NCBI GenBank assembly: GCA_964016885.1
Contig: OZ024742.1
Location: forward strand, 302,994,001 to 303,058,000
Reading direction: 5' to 3'
DNA length: 64,000 nt
DNA from: Eledone cirrhosa
Taxonomy: Eukaryota
The translations under genes were made by a program, and so were the position numbers. Of this stretch, positions 1 through 13,077 are shown piece by piece (position 1 is the stretch's first letter; each line of letters opens with the position of its first letter). The notes beneath the pieces are model-generated. The model did not search any database, had not been told where the DNA came from, and worked only from the letters and a program-made list of their open reading frames with translations.

Positions 1-216
1 TATATATATATATATATATATATGCATTTCTCTCTCTTCCTTCGAGTCAACTCACATCTAGTCGCTGATTCTTTCCTTCGAGGTAATATTTTACCCAAAG
101 CCGTTTCGACGGTATTTTGGTGTTCTAACAGCTTCCCTATGCCGAGTTTTCCAATTTTCCTGAGAATCCTAAAACACTCGCGTCGTCTTAAAACTCTTAT
201 TTCAAGTTAATTTGTT

Positions 217-256
<40 letters not shown>

Positions 257-413
257 CATATATTGAAGCGAAATCCTATTTCTTTTTTATTATAAGTTGA
301 ACCAACTTATGCAGCTTCATATGCAAATGAGATTAATCACCTCATTTACACAGACGAGAAAAGTATATATTCTCATCTGTCTTCTAGTCCAGCAGTCGCA
401 AGCAGTGGGAGGG

Positions 414-457
414 ACCGTCCTGACGAAGGCCAATTAAGCCTGAAATGCATAGACGGT
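414..457 (+). ncRNA. Type I hammerhead ribozyme, minimal stem III
   Basis: accgtc-CTGACGA-aggc(caattaa)gcct-GAAA-tgca-TA-gacggt. Stem I is 6 bp and extendable, stem II is 4 bp, stem III is the palindrome ATGCAT. Predicted cleavage after AUA at 451. Confidence 0.85.
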
Positions 458-583
458 TGTCCCCCTTGCTTCTGCTGGACATCACCAGAAGGCGTTAGCC
501 CCCCCCCCCATCCCGCAGCCGGTGTTTACATAGCTACGGCTTCCTAAAGCTGTATTTCTTTGGAGATACGAAATATTTATACA

Positions 584-1109
584 TCTATATATATAAAGCT
601 GTGGTTGTCTGTCTGTCTATCGATTTTTGGCACACATCTCCTCTTAGAATCTCTGACGGAATTGCACCGAAATTGCTATACTTGTACATTGAGCTCTAGC
701 GAAGACATCGGAAAAAATAATTTCAAATTGACCCACCCTATGTGACGAAATCGAATCTAATGTATCGATTTTTGAGCGTAAGTGACGAGTTATTTCCCTT
801 TGTTCTGTTTACATTGAGCGTCTTACGTTGTTTTTCTCTGCGTTGCAGTGTTTACATTTTCGATCTTTGTTAATAAATAACCAGTGCAGTTTTTATCCCC
901 AGCATCCTCTTTTGTTATAACATTCGGGTTATCGTTATGTTTTCTTAACTTCATAAGGCATATTGTTGGTTGAGGGAATATTAATCAAAAACACCACATG
1001 CAAGTCTGCACAGTAGACACTACAGTTTTTAAGCCAAAAAAGAAACTTAACATTGTAACTTTAACACAGCTACTGAGCGACCCCGAGCAACGCCGAGCTT
1101 TACTGCTAG
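584..1109 (+). mobile_element. Non-autonomous Helitron-like element
   Basis: Starts A|TC-tatatatataaag followed by (GTCT)n. Ends with a GC-rich subterminal segment cccgagcaacgccgag and CTAG|T. No TSD. Confidence 0.65.
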
Positions 1110-1338
1110 TATTGTATAAAGCTATGCTTGAAGCGAAATCCTATTTCTTTTATATATATATATATAGAGAGAGAGAGAGATATATATACACGGGTGTGTA
1201 TGATTGTGTATAGAAGATTATATTAATAAAAGGAATTCCAACTTTATCTGATTTACTCGTTTTATTTACAATCCTTTAAAATTTATAATGGTATTATAAT
1301 GAAATAGTATGATAGAATATTAAATGTTAAGTGTTAAT

Positions 1339-1377
1339 TGAACAAGTACTTTCATGCTTTCGCAATCTTCAGGTTCA
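1339..1377 (-). ncRNA. Type I hammerhead ribozyme, minimal
   Basis: Minus strand reads tgaac-CTGAAGA-t-tgc(gaaa)gca-t-GAAA-gtac-TT-gttca. Stem III palindrome AGTACT, cleavage triplet CUU. Confidence 0.8.
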
Positions 1378-2154
1378 TAATGTGTGGTGACAGTCAAGTT
1401 TGCAATTTTCAACTGAAAATGTGCTTGAATTGATACCTTCATATTTCAAACCAAATGTTTACTGTTTATCTTATTCTTACGGCTGGAAAATGAAACAAAA
1501 AAAAATATTCGATGTTATATGATATACCGCATTAAGACATGAAAATATCGATTGTTTGATTAAGCTTAGTAATTGAGTATATTTTAACTCACAAGCTTCT
1601 TCACATATTATAGGTTTGATGGATATTCTAATTCCTCCTTCAGCAGGTCTTGTGTACGGTTTTGTTTTCAAACACGATCTAGGCAAGTTGAAAAAAGAAG
1701 AATTTTGTTAGATATTATTTATTTACACCATTATTAAATAAAAATGGCGTAGACATTACAGTACAACGGGAGGAAACATCATAATACCACTGATGATGTC
1801 ACAGATGTGTGACGAGAGACATATATATATATATATTTATATCAGTATTTTTAACCGTTGGTCAATCAATGATAAACATTGATTGTCAGATAAGTTAACT
1901 ATGGAGATATAAAAGATACAGAAGCGAAAACCAATCCAATCCAAACTGAGTGTGTTTTGCTATTATTTCTGGCAATATTATAACAATATGATCCTCCCCA
2001 ACCCACCCGTCCCTCAATATATCTTATTTCTCATTCTTTCTTCTTATGAAGGACTAGCGACCGAAACGTTAAGACCCTCTTCCTGCTATGTCAAGCGTTA
2101 ACCTAATATATCCCTTCCATATACTGTACCGATTGTGTTGTTATTTCTGTTTAC

Positions 2155-2228
<74 letters not shown>

Positions 2229-2261
2229 TTTCTGTTTACCTTTTACATATACATATATATA

Positions 2262-2427
2262 CAGTGAAATTCTGTTATAAACGAAATTCACGGGGTATTA
2301 AAAAAATTCATTGTAACGAAAAGTTTTTTATAACGAGATCGACTTAACACATCGAGCGTGTGGTCGAGGATTTCGTTATACTGAAAAATTCGTTATAGTC
2401 GTATTCGTTATAACGAAATTTTACCTG
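2262..2427. mobile_element. Tc1/pogo(Tigger)-type MITE
   Basis: Imperfect TIRs cagtgaaattctgttataaacga / tcgttataacgaaattttacctg, flanked by TA, with internal ttcgttata repeats. Confidence 0.6.
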
Positions 2428-2870
2428 TATATATATATATATATGTGTATATATATATTCTAATTCTAATTCTAAAGGCCCCCCAATAGTCACGAATGAC
2501 CATGGTTCTGCACCTAGAAAGTTTCTCTCCGAGGCATAAAACTTAACTAAAGTACTAAAGTACTTTACTAATGATTATTGATTTCTGTCACAAGTCCACA
2601 ATTTTAGGGCTGGGTACAGTCAATGATATCTAAGCCAGTACTTTATATTTAAAACAATGAACATCGTAGAGATTTCATCTCAGAACGAAAACTAAATGCA
2701 GCAAACACTTTTATTCAACATTCTACTGATTCCACTAATCAACTGGTCATACGTAGCTAATATGGACGTAATACAGCCGAATGGTTAAGAGGTTTGCATG
2801 TGGATCATTAAGTCCAGGGTTAGATCTCAATACGTGGCATCTTGGGAAAGTACCATTTACTATATGCTCG

Positions 2871-4741
2871 GGTGCTAATCTCCTGTTCTTGGATTGCAAA
2901 AGCGTATCCTTCAAAGTGGGAGCCAATATAGCGGTTGTTGGTCCAAGATAGACTACTTTCCTTAGCTATATTACTCTCACTCTGGAGCTTCCTGGCAACA
3001 TATCCATGCATGATTTTTTGCTGATAGGCATGCAGTTTTTCATGCATGGATTCACTGCGATACTGCTGAGCGACATCTCTGGGTGTGAGCTTTTGATTAT
3101 CACACAGGGAATATCTCTTAAGGAGTTCCTTCCCAACTCTCATGACCTTATCTGTTTCATGTAGATAGACTTGCTCGAGAAACGGGCTCTTACGCTTTGA
3201 GGTTCGTAGATGTTGTCGGAGAGATATGATGCGACATTCAAATGTTGTCTGGACTGATGTTATCCTCTGCTTCCCTGCTTACGTTTCATGAAAAGGCGGT
3301 TTATATCACTGTTGATGTGGAAGTTTCCGGTGTTGTTCTGTATTTTTCGAGTTCCAGCATCAACTGCTCGGATTTCGTCTATCGTCCAATTGATTATTCC
3401 AAACGTTTGTGTTAGGACAGGCACAGCAAAACATTGTGAGCCACTGTCTTGTTTTGCGCAGAGAGTTCCGATGACCAGATCTTTCTTAATCGGGTGTAGT
3501 ATTTCCTGGTTACGCGTCCTTTATTACAGATACCATTATAGGATATGTTCTCATCTATCCCCAGGTATCTGTAGTAGTCCTCATCAGATATCGTTGAAAC
3601 AGTTAGACCATTGATGACAATGTTGATAGATTGGATTGTTGTTTTTCCCCGCTTTACAGTCATGTATGAGCATTTATCTTGGCCAAACTCCATTCCTATA
3701 TCCTTTGAGAACGTTGTAACCAGGTCAAGATGTTTCTTCATCCCATCCATGTTCTTGGCATAGAGTTTCAGATCATCCACAAAGAAATTATGGGTTAGGT
3801 TCGTATTTCTGTCCTCCTGTGAGCCAATGATGTATCCCTCACATTTCTTGAGCAGAAAGGACAAGGGGTTTAATGACAAGATGAACAATATCACAGAGAG
3901 ACTGTCTCCCTGAAATATACCCCTGCAATATTTTATTTTATCAGTGAAAATAGAGTCCTCCCTCTCTGTCTTTAACCTTACGATAGTAGCCCAAGAAGAA
4001 GACAGCCTCTCTAAGGCTCTGACAATAATGTCTGGGACTTTAGCAAGTTGGAGGGCCTCTATCATCCAAGAGTGGGGAACAGAATCGAAAGCTTTCTTGT
4101 AGTCCAGCCAGACTGCAGTCATATTCCTCCTAAGTTGTCACACCTTCGACATCGCAGTTTTGTTGATTAGGAGTTGTTCAGCACATCCCCAAACCCTTTT
4201 CTTTCCAGCTGCTTGTTCATCTGTGTTATGTTATTATGTTTGCAGTGATCTTGGAGGAATAGGTTCAGGCAGGCTGTATACATCTTATACATCAGGTTCT
4301 GGCATGAAATGGGTCGGTAGTTTTTTGCCAAGTGGGTGTCTTTGTTCTTGGGGACCAGTAACGTTTGTGCTAATGTCAGCCATTCTGGTATTAGTGTATC
4401 TCCATTAAGAACTTGTTGGTAAAGGTCAGTAAGATACCTCCGATAGAATAGTTGTTTTTTGTACCAGTAGCCGACAATCATGTCTCTTCCTGGTGTTTTC
4501 TTATCTTGGAGTTTTCCTATCACAGTCTCAAGGGTACCATCACTTATTTCGCATGTTTTTTGTTGTAGTGTAGGAGCAATAGTTCTTTCGGATTTCTCTC
4601 AGCCACACTGCATCTTGGTTGAAATTCTTCTGTTCACCCCATATTTTTCTCCAAAAGTAATCTATGTCTTTCTGGGATGGAGCTTCAGTGACACTTATTA
4701 TTTTGCCCTTCATATCTCTATAGACTGATGTTTGGTTTCGT
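2871..4741 (-). mobile_element. R4/Dong-clade non-LTR retrotransposon, decayed RT region
   Basis: Frameshifted RT motifs NYRPISC, WLDYKKAFDSVPHSW, GIFQGDSLS, FFVDDLKLY and YRYLGI. Clearly homologous to 51357-53524. Confidence 0.9.
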
Positions 4742-5889
4742 CTATGTATGTATGTATGTATGTATGTATAACACAAAATCATTTTCAGTAGCTAACATTA
4801 AAGTTTTGAAAATTTCCGAACACCTCAAGTGGCAAAGTTCTTACAACTAAATATAAAGAAGTTTCAATTCTCTACCAATAATTTGTAATGATTATTTTCA
4901 TTCGAATGTTCACGTTCTACTCTCAGCAGTAGTTTCATGGCACCTCCACGCGCTATTCACGTAACTTATTGTATCAACGATATTTCATTGTTGCCAGAAG
5001 TCACGAAACGGTAACTTTTCGTGCCAACAACAACCAACAAGAAATCGTGATCTCGGAAGATAATATATAGATTTCAAGTAAATCTGATTCCTTGGTCCTA
5101 TCTCCTGAATACTTCAGTACACTTCAGAGGAATAACATATAAAAGAATATAAACAATAAAAATATATTTATAAAACATGTCTATTTAATTTTCTATTCTC
5201 ATAATCACTTTAGCTTAGTGAACAGTCACAAACATGAGTGATACAGGACATTGATTCGCTGTTCAGCAGTCATTGCGTTCAATGCAGCACATTTTATAAC
5301 GAAGATTTATACATCCATTATAATGTAATTATCGGTTTAGTAAATATACATCTCATTATCCAATATAGCAATTATAATTATACAAAACCACAGTAACGGT
5401 AGTTTCACACTATCTATATTGAAGTGTTTAAATTTAAACATTTATAAATTGAAACATTTATAAATTGAGTTTTCGGCGCATTTATTTTTTGCCTATAGAA
5501 AATAGTCTTATAACAGAGTATATAAGCCCCCTGAAAGGAAACAAAGGACACGAGCACACGCGCGTATTGATGTTAACCAACTTACTCATGTTTTCCGTTC
5601 TTCTACAAAAGAAAAGAAACAAAAAACGGTGAAAGCTTCTAATTCATTCAAATTCCATTCAAAGCCCTCTAAACACATGCTTTGAATTATTATATTTTAA
5701 ATTAAAACACTGATGTGGTCTATTTGACTGTGGTTATTCTAATGTTCATAATAGATATACTAAAACTAACACACAAGGCAGGGAATGGTCACATTTCAGA
5801 TTTTAGCTTTTAGTATTCACATCAGAAGAGGAGGGTTTAAAAATCAGACTCACTATCTTTAATTCGTTGCTCGTGCCTGCCCTTTCCCA

Positions 5890-6212
5890 CTGAGTGAAAG
5901 AAGACGATCGCGAATACAAACGGCCGAAATGGGGTTGCTCGACAAGGTGCGTAGCTCGGATACCAAGGAGACGCTCTAAGTAGAGACGTTATGTCTCCGC
6001 ATCGAGAGATAACAGCTCCTTTACTACTGATGTGTTATTAGAATGTCCAAGGAAACATCGGTATAAGACCCGTGTTAGACCACGAACATGCTGGCTGAAT
6101 AACATCAATAACCTGAGTTGGTCTCACTTGGTGATCTAATCGGTTAGGTGGAGACAGTGATTTTTCTTTTGGAAGACATCTGAGGACTCTGTTCCATGAT
6201 CTTCTCAGAGTG
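5890..6212 (+). mobile_element. Decayed RTE (Rex3/Expander-like) LINE 3' end
   Basis: Broken translation RSRIQTAEM..DKVRSS..LRIER..RPRTCWL..LSW, running into a (GAA)n tail. Confidence 0.55.
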
Positions 6213-6345
6213 AGAAGACGAAGACGAAGAAAAAGAAGAAGAAAAAGAAGAAGAAAAAGAAGAAGAAAAAGAAGAAGAAAAAGAAGAAGAAAAAGAAGAA
6301 GATGATGACGAAGAAGACGAAGAAGAAGAAGAAGAAGAAGAAGAA

Positions 6346-6378
<33 letters not shown>

Positions 6379-6527
6379 GAAAAAGACGACGACAACGACG
6401 AAGAAGAAGAAGAAGAAGAAGAAGAAGAAGAAGAAGAAGAAGAAGAAGAAGAAGAAGAAGAAGAAGAAGAAGAAGAAGATGATGATGATGAAGAAAAAGA
6501 CGACGACGACGACGAAGAAGAAGAAGC
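6213..6527 (+). repeat. (GAA/GAT/GAC)n compound trinucleotide repeat, likely an expanded LINE tail
   Basis: Direct inspection. It explains the poly-S and poly-K ORFs. Confidence 0.95.
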
Positions 6528-7220
6528 GCTATTTACACGAAGCAACTTGCATTTCTGCTAATGAATTGTAGCTCTTCGTATTTCGACATTATGTCGCACC
6601 ACTGGAAGTGCTGAATAAAGTATTTAAAAAATCATGTCCACAGCGGGAAATGAGTGTTTAATAAATCGAAACAATATTACAATATATGAGGCATGAGATT
6701 GAGACAGATGGCATGTTTCACTCCCGATAAAATAAGATTAACAATTACGATATTATTATAAATATATATAAAAAATTTCCTATTGGCTCTCCTTATCTAT
6801 TCCCTACTTTCATTACATTACATCACCAATCCATATTAGGGAGCTCAGAATTATGTTAATGTAGCACGCAGAAATAAAAGCACATTTTAAATAAAAGTAA
6901 TTTCTATATCAGTGATGTATTTGCTTTGCAAGTCTTTTGATATAAAATCGTGTGTTGAAATATATATTGTTATATTTGGGGAGGGTCAGATTGTCCTAAC
7001 ATTGCCAAACAGTGAGTATGTTATACTATTTATTAGTATGTTATTATTAGGACAATATAATCCTCTCCAAATATAAAATTTCTATATCCTTTCCTAAGCA
7101 CAAGCATTGGGTTTCATATTGCATTTATTTACGCTCTGATTTCGAATCCAGCTAAAGTAAACTTTGCTTTTCCATCTTATTGATTAAATATACGAAGTAC
7201 CAATAATACATCACATTAAT

Positions 7221-7985
7221 TGTTTCTACTTTTGGCACAAGGCCAGCAATTACCCAGTGCATTACTGGTACTTTATTTTATCGACCCCGTAAGGATGAAA
7301 GGCAAAGTCAACCTCGGCGGGATTTGGAATAATACATCACATTAATGATTGTTTCTACTTTTCGCACAAGGCCAGCAATTACCCCAATGCATTACTGGTA
7401 CGTTATTTTATCGACCCCGTAAGGATAAAAGGCAAATTTGACCTCGGTGAGATTTGAACTCAGAATCTAAAAGGCACATAACTCTATGCTGCAAAGCATG
7501 GTGTCTGACGCTCTAATGATGCTGCCAATCGACCGCTCTTTACTTTTCGAGAAGCTAACGCATTAATAATGGTTTCTTATATAGGCACAAGGCCATACAT
7601 TTTTTGGGAGGGGAAAGTCGATTAAATCAACCCCATTACGTGACTGATACTTTATTTATCGATCCCGTAAGGATGAAAGGCAAAGTTAACCTCGGCGGGA
7701 TTTGAACTCAGATCATAAAGGGCCGTAACTCTTTGCTGAAAAGCAAGGCGTCCGACCCTCTACCGATACTGCCAATCTACTGCCCTAAGCTAACGCATTA
7801 ATAATTGTTTCTACTTTTTGGCCCAAGGGCATCAATTACCCAGTACATTACTGGTACTTTATTCTATCGACCCCGTAAGGATGAAAGGCAAAGTTAACCT
7901 CCGCGGGATTTGAACTCAGACCGCAAAGGGACGTAACTATGCTGGAAAGCATGGCGTCCGACCCTCTACCGATACTGCCAATCCA
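7221..7985 (-). mobile_element. Four stacked tRNA-derived SINE copies
   Basis: Repeated core (SINE sense) gagttcaaatcccgccgagg..ttgcctttcatccttacggggtcgataaaataaagtaccagt with a B-box-like GTTCAAATCC. Direct repeats flank individual copies. Confidence 0.85.
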
Positions 7986-10367
7986 AATGAACCCAAATTA
8001 ATGTTAGTTAGCGTAAAAAAATATATATTATTGCTTTGCGTGTACATGTCCGATAAAATGTGTTAAAAATTAAGTTTAATTTACATTGCTAAATAAAAAA
8101 GAAGTTAAGATCAGCACATCTGCTCTCTTAGAATATAAATATTCCACACTAACATAAATTGCTATTAAAGTTGTGGACAATCACAATAATTTCCTTCCTA
8201 CTTAAATACCTTTATGGAAATTAGTGTATTCCTTTTATATTTTGCGCCCAAATCCTTCCGAGTTCGATTTTGTATTCCCCCCATTTAAGGTCGTTAATCT
8301 AATTAACGTTCATTTAAGTTCTAGAGCTCCTTCAATCGATTATATATCTTTCTTCGATAAGTATTTTCTTTTGCTACTGTACTAAATCAATGTTTCAAAC
8401 TGCTTAAACACACGAAAGATAACTCTAAGTTTCTGCCGTTCCAAATTTATCAAATTTATGATGGAATAAATTTCTGTTTTCAATTCTTCAAAATATTCTA
8501 CACAATCTTTCTAACAGAATGAACTTAGAATTATATGCAAGATATTGAGTATCTAATTTAACGGAAACATTTTATTAAGCCTGTTCGGTGCCCGAGAAAG
8601 TAATTATGGTCCTAATTCATAAGTGCTTTTTATCGAAAAGGATAGCAAATTGCTCTATCTATTAATCATTCTCTATTTGTACCTATCATGACCGAGTTCT
8701 CACCAGAAGTATGACACCACACGTTAATTCTAGTTGAAGGCATTCTGCAGATTTAATTGTATTGCCATGTTGAAGTTCAATTAGAGCATATATAACAGCA
8801 GAAAGGAATTTATATGATAATGTTTCAAAACCCATTCTCTCTACAATATTGATTATCTGGGTCTTAGCAAAAAATATGTGGTTGGGATATATTGAAGGAA
8901 AAGAAATTTACATATATTTTGTGGCGAAAACCTTTTATAGAATAACAAGTTCATACCTAAAACTTATAATGAACAAATAATAGTAAAAAGCGATGAAGTA
9001 ATTTTCAAAATGAAAGTTAGCCTTCGCATGATTATAGCGGAGTCTCCCAAGTCAGAAAATACCTTGGTTAATTAATAGGCCTCGTCGTAACACACACCCG
9101 TAAACATTGTGTCCTGGATCCTTCCTCTTCTCCTCACAAGTCTCGAAGGTCCTGATATTGTCATTGATTTCCATCTCTTAAATAATGATAAATAATACAA
9201 ATTCCAAATAATTTCGTAGAGTATTGTAGTTAACTCAGAATATTAATGATGTGTAATCACATCAATGACAACATCGGCCCAAGGAGAGTCTGAACACCGG
9301 ATGTGAAATGTATAAATTATATAAAGATGTCATGTAATTTAGTAAGAAAGTTTAACACTTCTGTCGACATACCAATTCTTCAAACAATTGAATATATAAA
9401 ATATGCATGAAATATATTTAAAGTGCACATATATAATTTAAAGATTGAATAACACTTATAAGAAACAGTTTATATATGGATCAATGTGTTATTCTCATTG
9501 TTCAGTTCGCACCAATTATTCCTCTTCTGTAGCAGAGATATACACACAACAGACAAGAATCACTAGTGTAGTTTTATTAACTGTAGTGCTGACACAATTT
9601 CAGAACAGATGCCTTGAAATTCCACATCCTGACACATTAATTATGAAGTATTGCTTGTTAAAAGCTGTCAACTAATAATCAATCAATTAGAATAATCTAA
9701 CATTGATCTTTCAAAAAATGATTATTGCAGTTGATAACCAATTAGGTTTGAATCGAGAATAGGTGAGAAACATATAAATTATGCAGATTAAACAAGTATA
9801 TATATATATATGTATGTATATATATATGTATGTATATATATATATATGTATGTATATATATATATATGTATGTATATATATATATGTATGTACATATATA
9901 TATATATATATATATTACATATATATATATATATATTTATATTATGTGTGTGTGTGTATGTATATGTATATATATATAGACCTCGTTCAGTTAGTGCAAG
10001 TGTTTGTTTCTACTTATAGATATATATGTGCATATTTGCATGTGAGAATATTGGCATTAAGTGACATTGAATACAGCTTAACATACCCACAGCGAGATTC
10101 ATGTATGTTTGTTATACATAAACATGTTGTATATGATTTCATATACACCTCTATTATGAATCACGTGGAGATAGTGCTAATGAACCACGGAGTTAATGTA
10201 TCTGTTAGCAATTTTGTAATATTATTTCTCACGCATGTCGCTCCCCCATTTCTTCCTTTATTTAGTTGTTGAATAATTTTGTCTCGAAAATAATTCCCTC
10301 CTATCACGTGACCGCGGTCTCGTCCTTTCGTCTCTGTGCTACGCCATCTAGACGTAGTTATTATTAC

Positions 10368-10925
10368 CTAGGTTAACTTTGTCTTTCATCCTTACGAGGT
10401 CGATAAAATAAAGTACCAGTCGATTTAATCGACTTTCCCCTCCCCCCAAAGTGCTGGCCTTGTGCCTAGATAAGAAACCATTATTAGCCCACCTCTTCGC
10501 AGCATATAGTTAGACACTATGCTTTGCAGCACAGAGTTATGGCCCTTTACGCCACGAGTTCAAATCCCACCGAGCTTAGCTTTGCCTTTTATCCTTACAG
10601 AGTCGATGAAATAAAGTACCAGTCACGCACTGGGGTCAATTTAATCGACTTTCCCCTCCCCCAAATTGCTGGCCTTATGCCTATATAAGAAACCATTATT
10701 ATTAGTCCACATTTAGGGCAGTGGATTGGCAGTATCGGTAGAGAGTCGGACGCCTTGCTTTGCAGCAAAGAGTTACGGCCCTTTATGATCTGAGTTCAAA
10801 ACCCGCCGAGGTTAGCTTTGCCTTTCATCCTTACGGGGTCGATAAAATAAAGTACCAGTAACGATTTTCCCTTCCTAAAAAATTGCTGGCATTCTTCCTA
10901 ATATAGAAACAATTATTATTAGCCC
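10368..10925 (+). mobile_element. Three stacked SINE copies (same family)
   Basis: Same core three times, each followed by attattagc/tccac. Confidence 0.85.
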
Positions 10926-11304
10926 ACCTTTACTATTCTATGCGTCACCTACTCTCTGTTTGTTTTTATATCCATTGTTCTAAATGACCCCCTCGTCACA
11001 CAGTGTTCGAGTTAATTGTTGAACATTCAATTATATACGTATTTTGTCCTTACGATTTAATTTCCCGTTTCTCTATATTTCTAAACAGTGTGACCCTGAA
11101 TAAACCAGCAGTTGGAATTGAAACTGTGTACGTTCCTTTCGAAAGTCGATGAGCACGGAATTCTTTTATTAGTTACCAATGTTTTCTATATATATTATAT
11201 ACTAAAGGTTAAGTCTATATTCTACTATATCAAGAGTTAAACTAATATATTGTTGGCTTTGTTCTTTTTGGTTTACTAAATAATTGTTTCTATTTTTGGC
11301 ACAA

Positions 11305-11496
11305 AGGTGTGGTAAGATACCAGGTGGACGATAACGCACCAGAGTACTCAATACTTAGGGTAGTAGAGTGGGTAATAGGGAAAGAGTCAGGACCCCGACG
11401 GGTGAGCTCCGGCTGTTTCGACAGCTAGATCCGAACTAAGCCACCAGTATTCTGTCGAAACGGCCGGAGCTGAACTGTCGAGGACCTGACTATTTT

Positions 11497-11500
<4 letters not shown>
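11305..11500 (-). repeat. Hairpin-plus-tail short interspersed element
   Basis: ~50-bp inverted arms (11376-11500) plus a ~70-bp tail. Homologous to 42475-42600 and 46150-46358. Confidence 0.7.
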
Positions 11501-11572
<72 letters not shown>

Positions 11573-11577
<5 letters not shown>

Positions 11578-12258
11578 ATAGCTCTGGTTCATCTGAATCA
11601 TTAAGCACTTGCCGCACATCTCGGAGGTTGTTTTTCGTTATTTCGTGGGCCGAAATGCGAATCTCGATAATTTATGTTTGTATTATTCGCCAGACTCTAG
11701 CTATTGACCAGTTAATTTTCTTGATTTTTTAGTTGATTCTATTGACTGATGAATAGCTTATGTTAATTTTAACCCTTTAGTTGAGAACTCTATTCGATTT
11801 GTGATGTTTTTGCATTCTTGCAAAAATATACACAACTGAATTCATTCGCCGATATAGGGGTTGCCTCCCTCGCCGATCCCCACGTGGGGTCAGCAATAGT
11901 CAGTCCTTGTATTAACATTGAACTAAAACCTGTTGAGAAAGTGGCTTCCTTGTTCAATCATCTTACTAGAAGCCTGACATTTTTTATGTAAGCGGATGGT
12001 ACTTGATTTAGGAGTCGCAGAAACCCATATACTAGATTTTACCAACCTTTCAGGGGTCCGGGTAAATTTTCAATACCCGAATTACTTGATTGTTTTTTTG
12101 ACTATGCGAATGATTGTTTAACCATCGTCTCAGTGTGTTTGGCCTTTAACGCTTGTTATAGCTCTGGTTCATCTGAATCATTGAGCACTTGCCGCACATC
12201 TCGGAGGTTGTTTTTCGTTATTTCGTGGGCTGAAATGCGAATCTCGAAAATTTATGTT

Positions 12259-12262
<4 letters not shown>
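11573..12262. repeat. 580-bp unit with ~110-bp terminal direct repeat, between (TA)n tracts
   Basis: 11573-11682 is repeated at 12153-12262. Confidence 0.8.
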
Positions 12263-12312
<50 letters not shown>

Positions 12313-12410
12313 TATATATATATAGTTATAATAATAAATTTGAAGACTAAAATCCAAAGAGGGCTCGATAATTATATATACACACATACATACACACATG
12401 TGCATATATA

Positions 12411-13077
12411 CAGGGTGTCCCAATAAATTGGCAATTCTTGTTGAAATAACCCCAAATTTTCACAGATTGTATAGAAACAGATCGAGATTTTATATTTAAT
12501 GTTTTATATTTTCTCTTTTCAGGTTGAGAAATGCCGTTCACTTCCAAAGAAAAGTCATTTTGCGTCTTGGAATATGCTCGAACACAGTCACCCAAGACTG
12601 TACAGCGTGCCTTCAATGCAAAATTTGGAAACAATTCACCAACTGGCAAACAAATTTGGACCTGGTACCAAAAATTTAAAGAGGCTAAAGGATCAACATC
12701 AGAAGAGAAGGTCGAGCAAGTTTGTGAAAAACTGTTGCGAAGCCCCAAGAAGTCGGTAAGGAGAACAAGTTTGGAAACCCAGATTCCTCGAATGACGGTT
12801 TGGCGTATCCTGAGCATACTGTTTGCCAGTTGGTGACTCTTTTCCAAATATTGCATTGAAGGCACGCTGCACAGTCTTAGGTGACTGTGTTCGAGCATAT
12901 TCCAAGACGTAAAATGACTTTTCTTTAGAAGTGAACGGCATTTCTCAACCTGAAAAGAGAAAAATATAAAACATTAAATATAAAATCTTGATCTGTTTCT
13001 ATACATTCTGTGAAAATTTGAGGTTATTTCAACAAGAATTGCCAAAATTATTGGCCTGCGAAATTATTTGGGACACC
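12411..13077. mobile_element. Tc1/mariner-superfamily fold-back deletion derivative
   Basis: TA-CAGGGTGTCCCAATAA start and matching ttatttgggacacc end. The transposase N-terminus MPFTSKEKSFCVLEYARTQSPKTVQRAF (DUF4817-like HTH) is present on both strands. No DDD/E domain. Confidence 0.8.

Noticed and set aside
1790-1820. ctgatga-t-gtcaca/tgtgac-gaga hammerhead-like motif
   Set aside because: GAGA instead of GAAA, and the 3' side is replaced by (TA)n. At most a relic.
2042-2074. tctt-atga-agg..cc-GAAACGTTA-aga
   Set aside because: The CUG of the core is missing. Possibly a decayed hammerhead with palindrome AACGTT, so not called.
6144-6571. Poly-Ser and poly-Lys ORFs
   Set aside because: Translations of a (GAA)n tract.
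11855-11905. HDV-like ribozyme (cctccctcgc resembles L3)
   Set aside because: I could not build P1/P2/P1.1. A simple hairpin explains the pairing.
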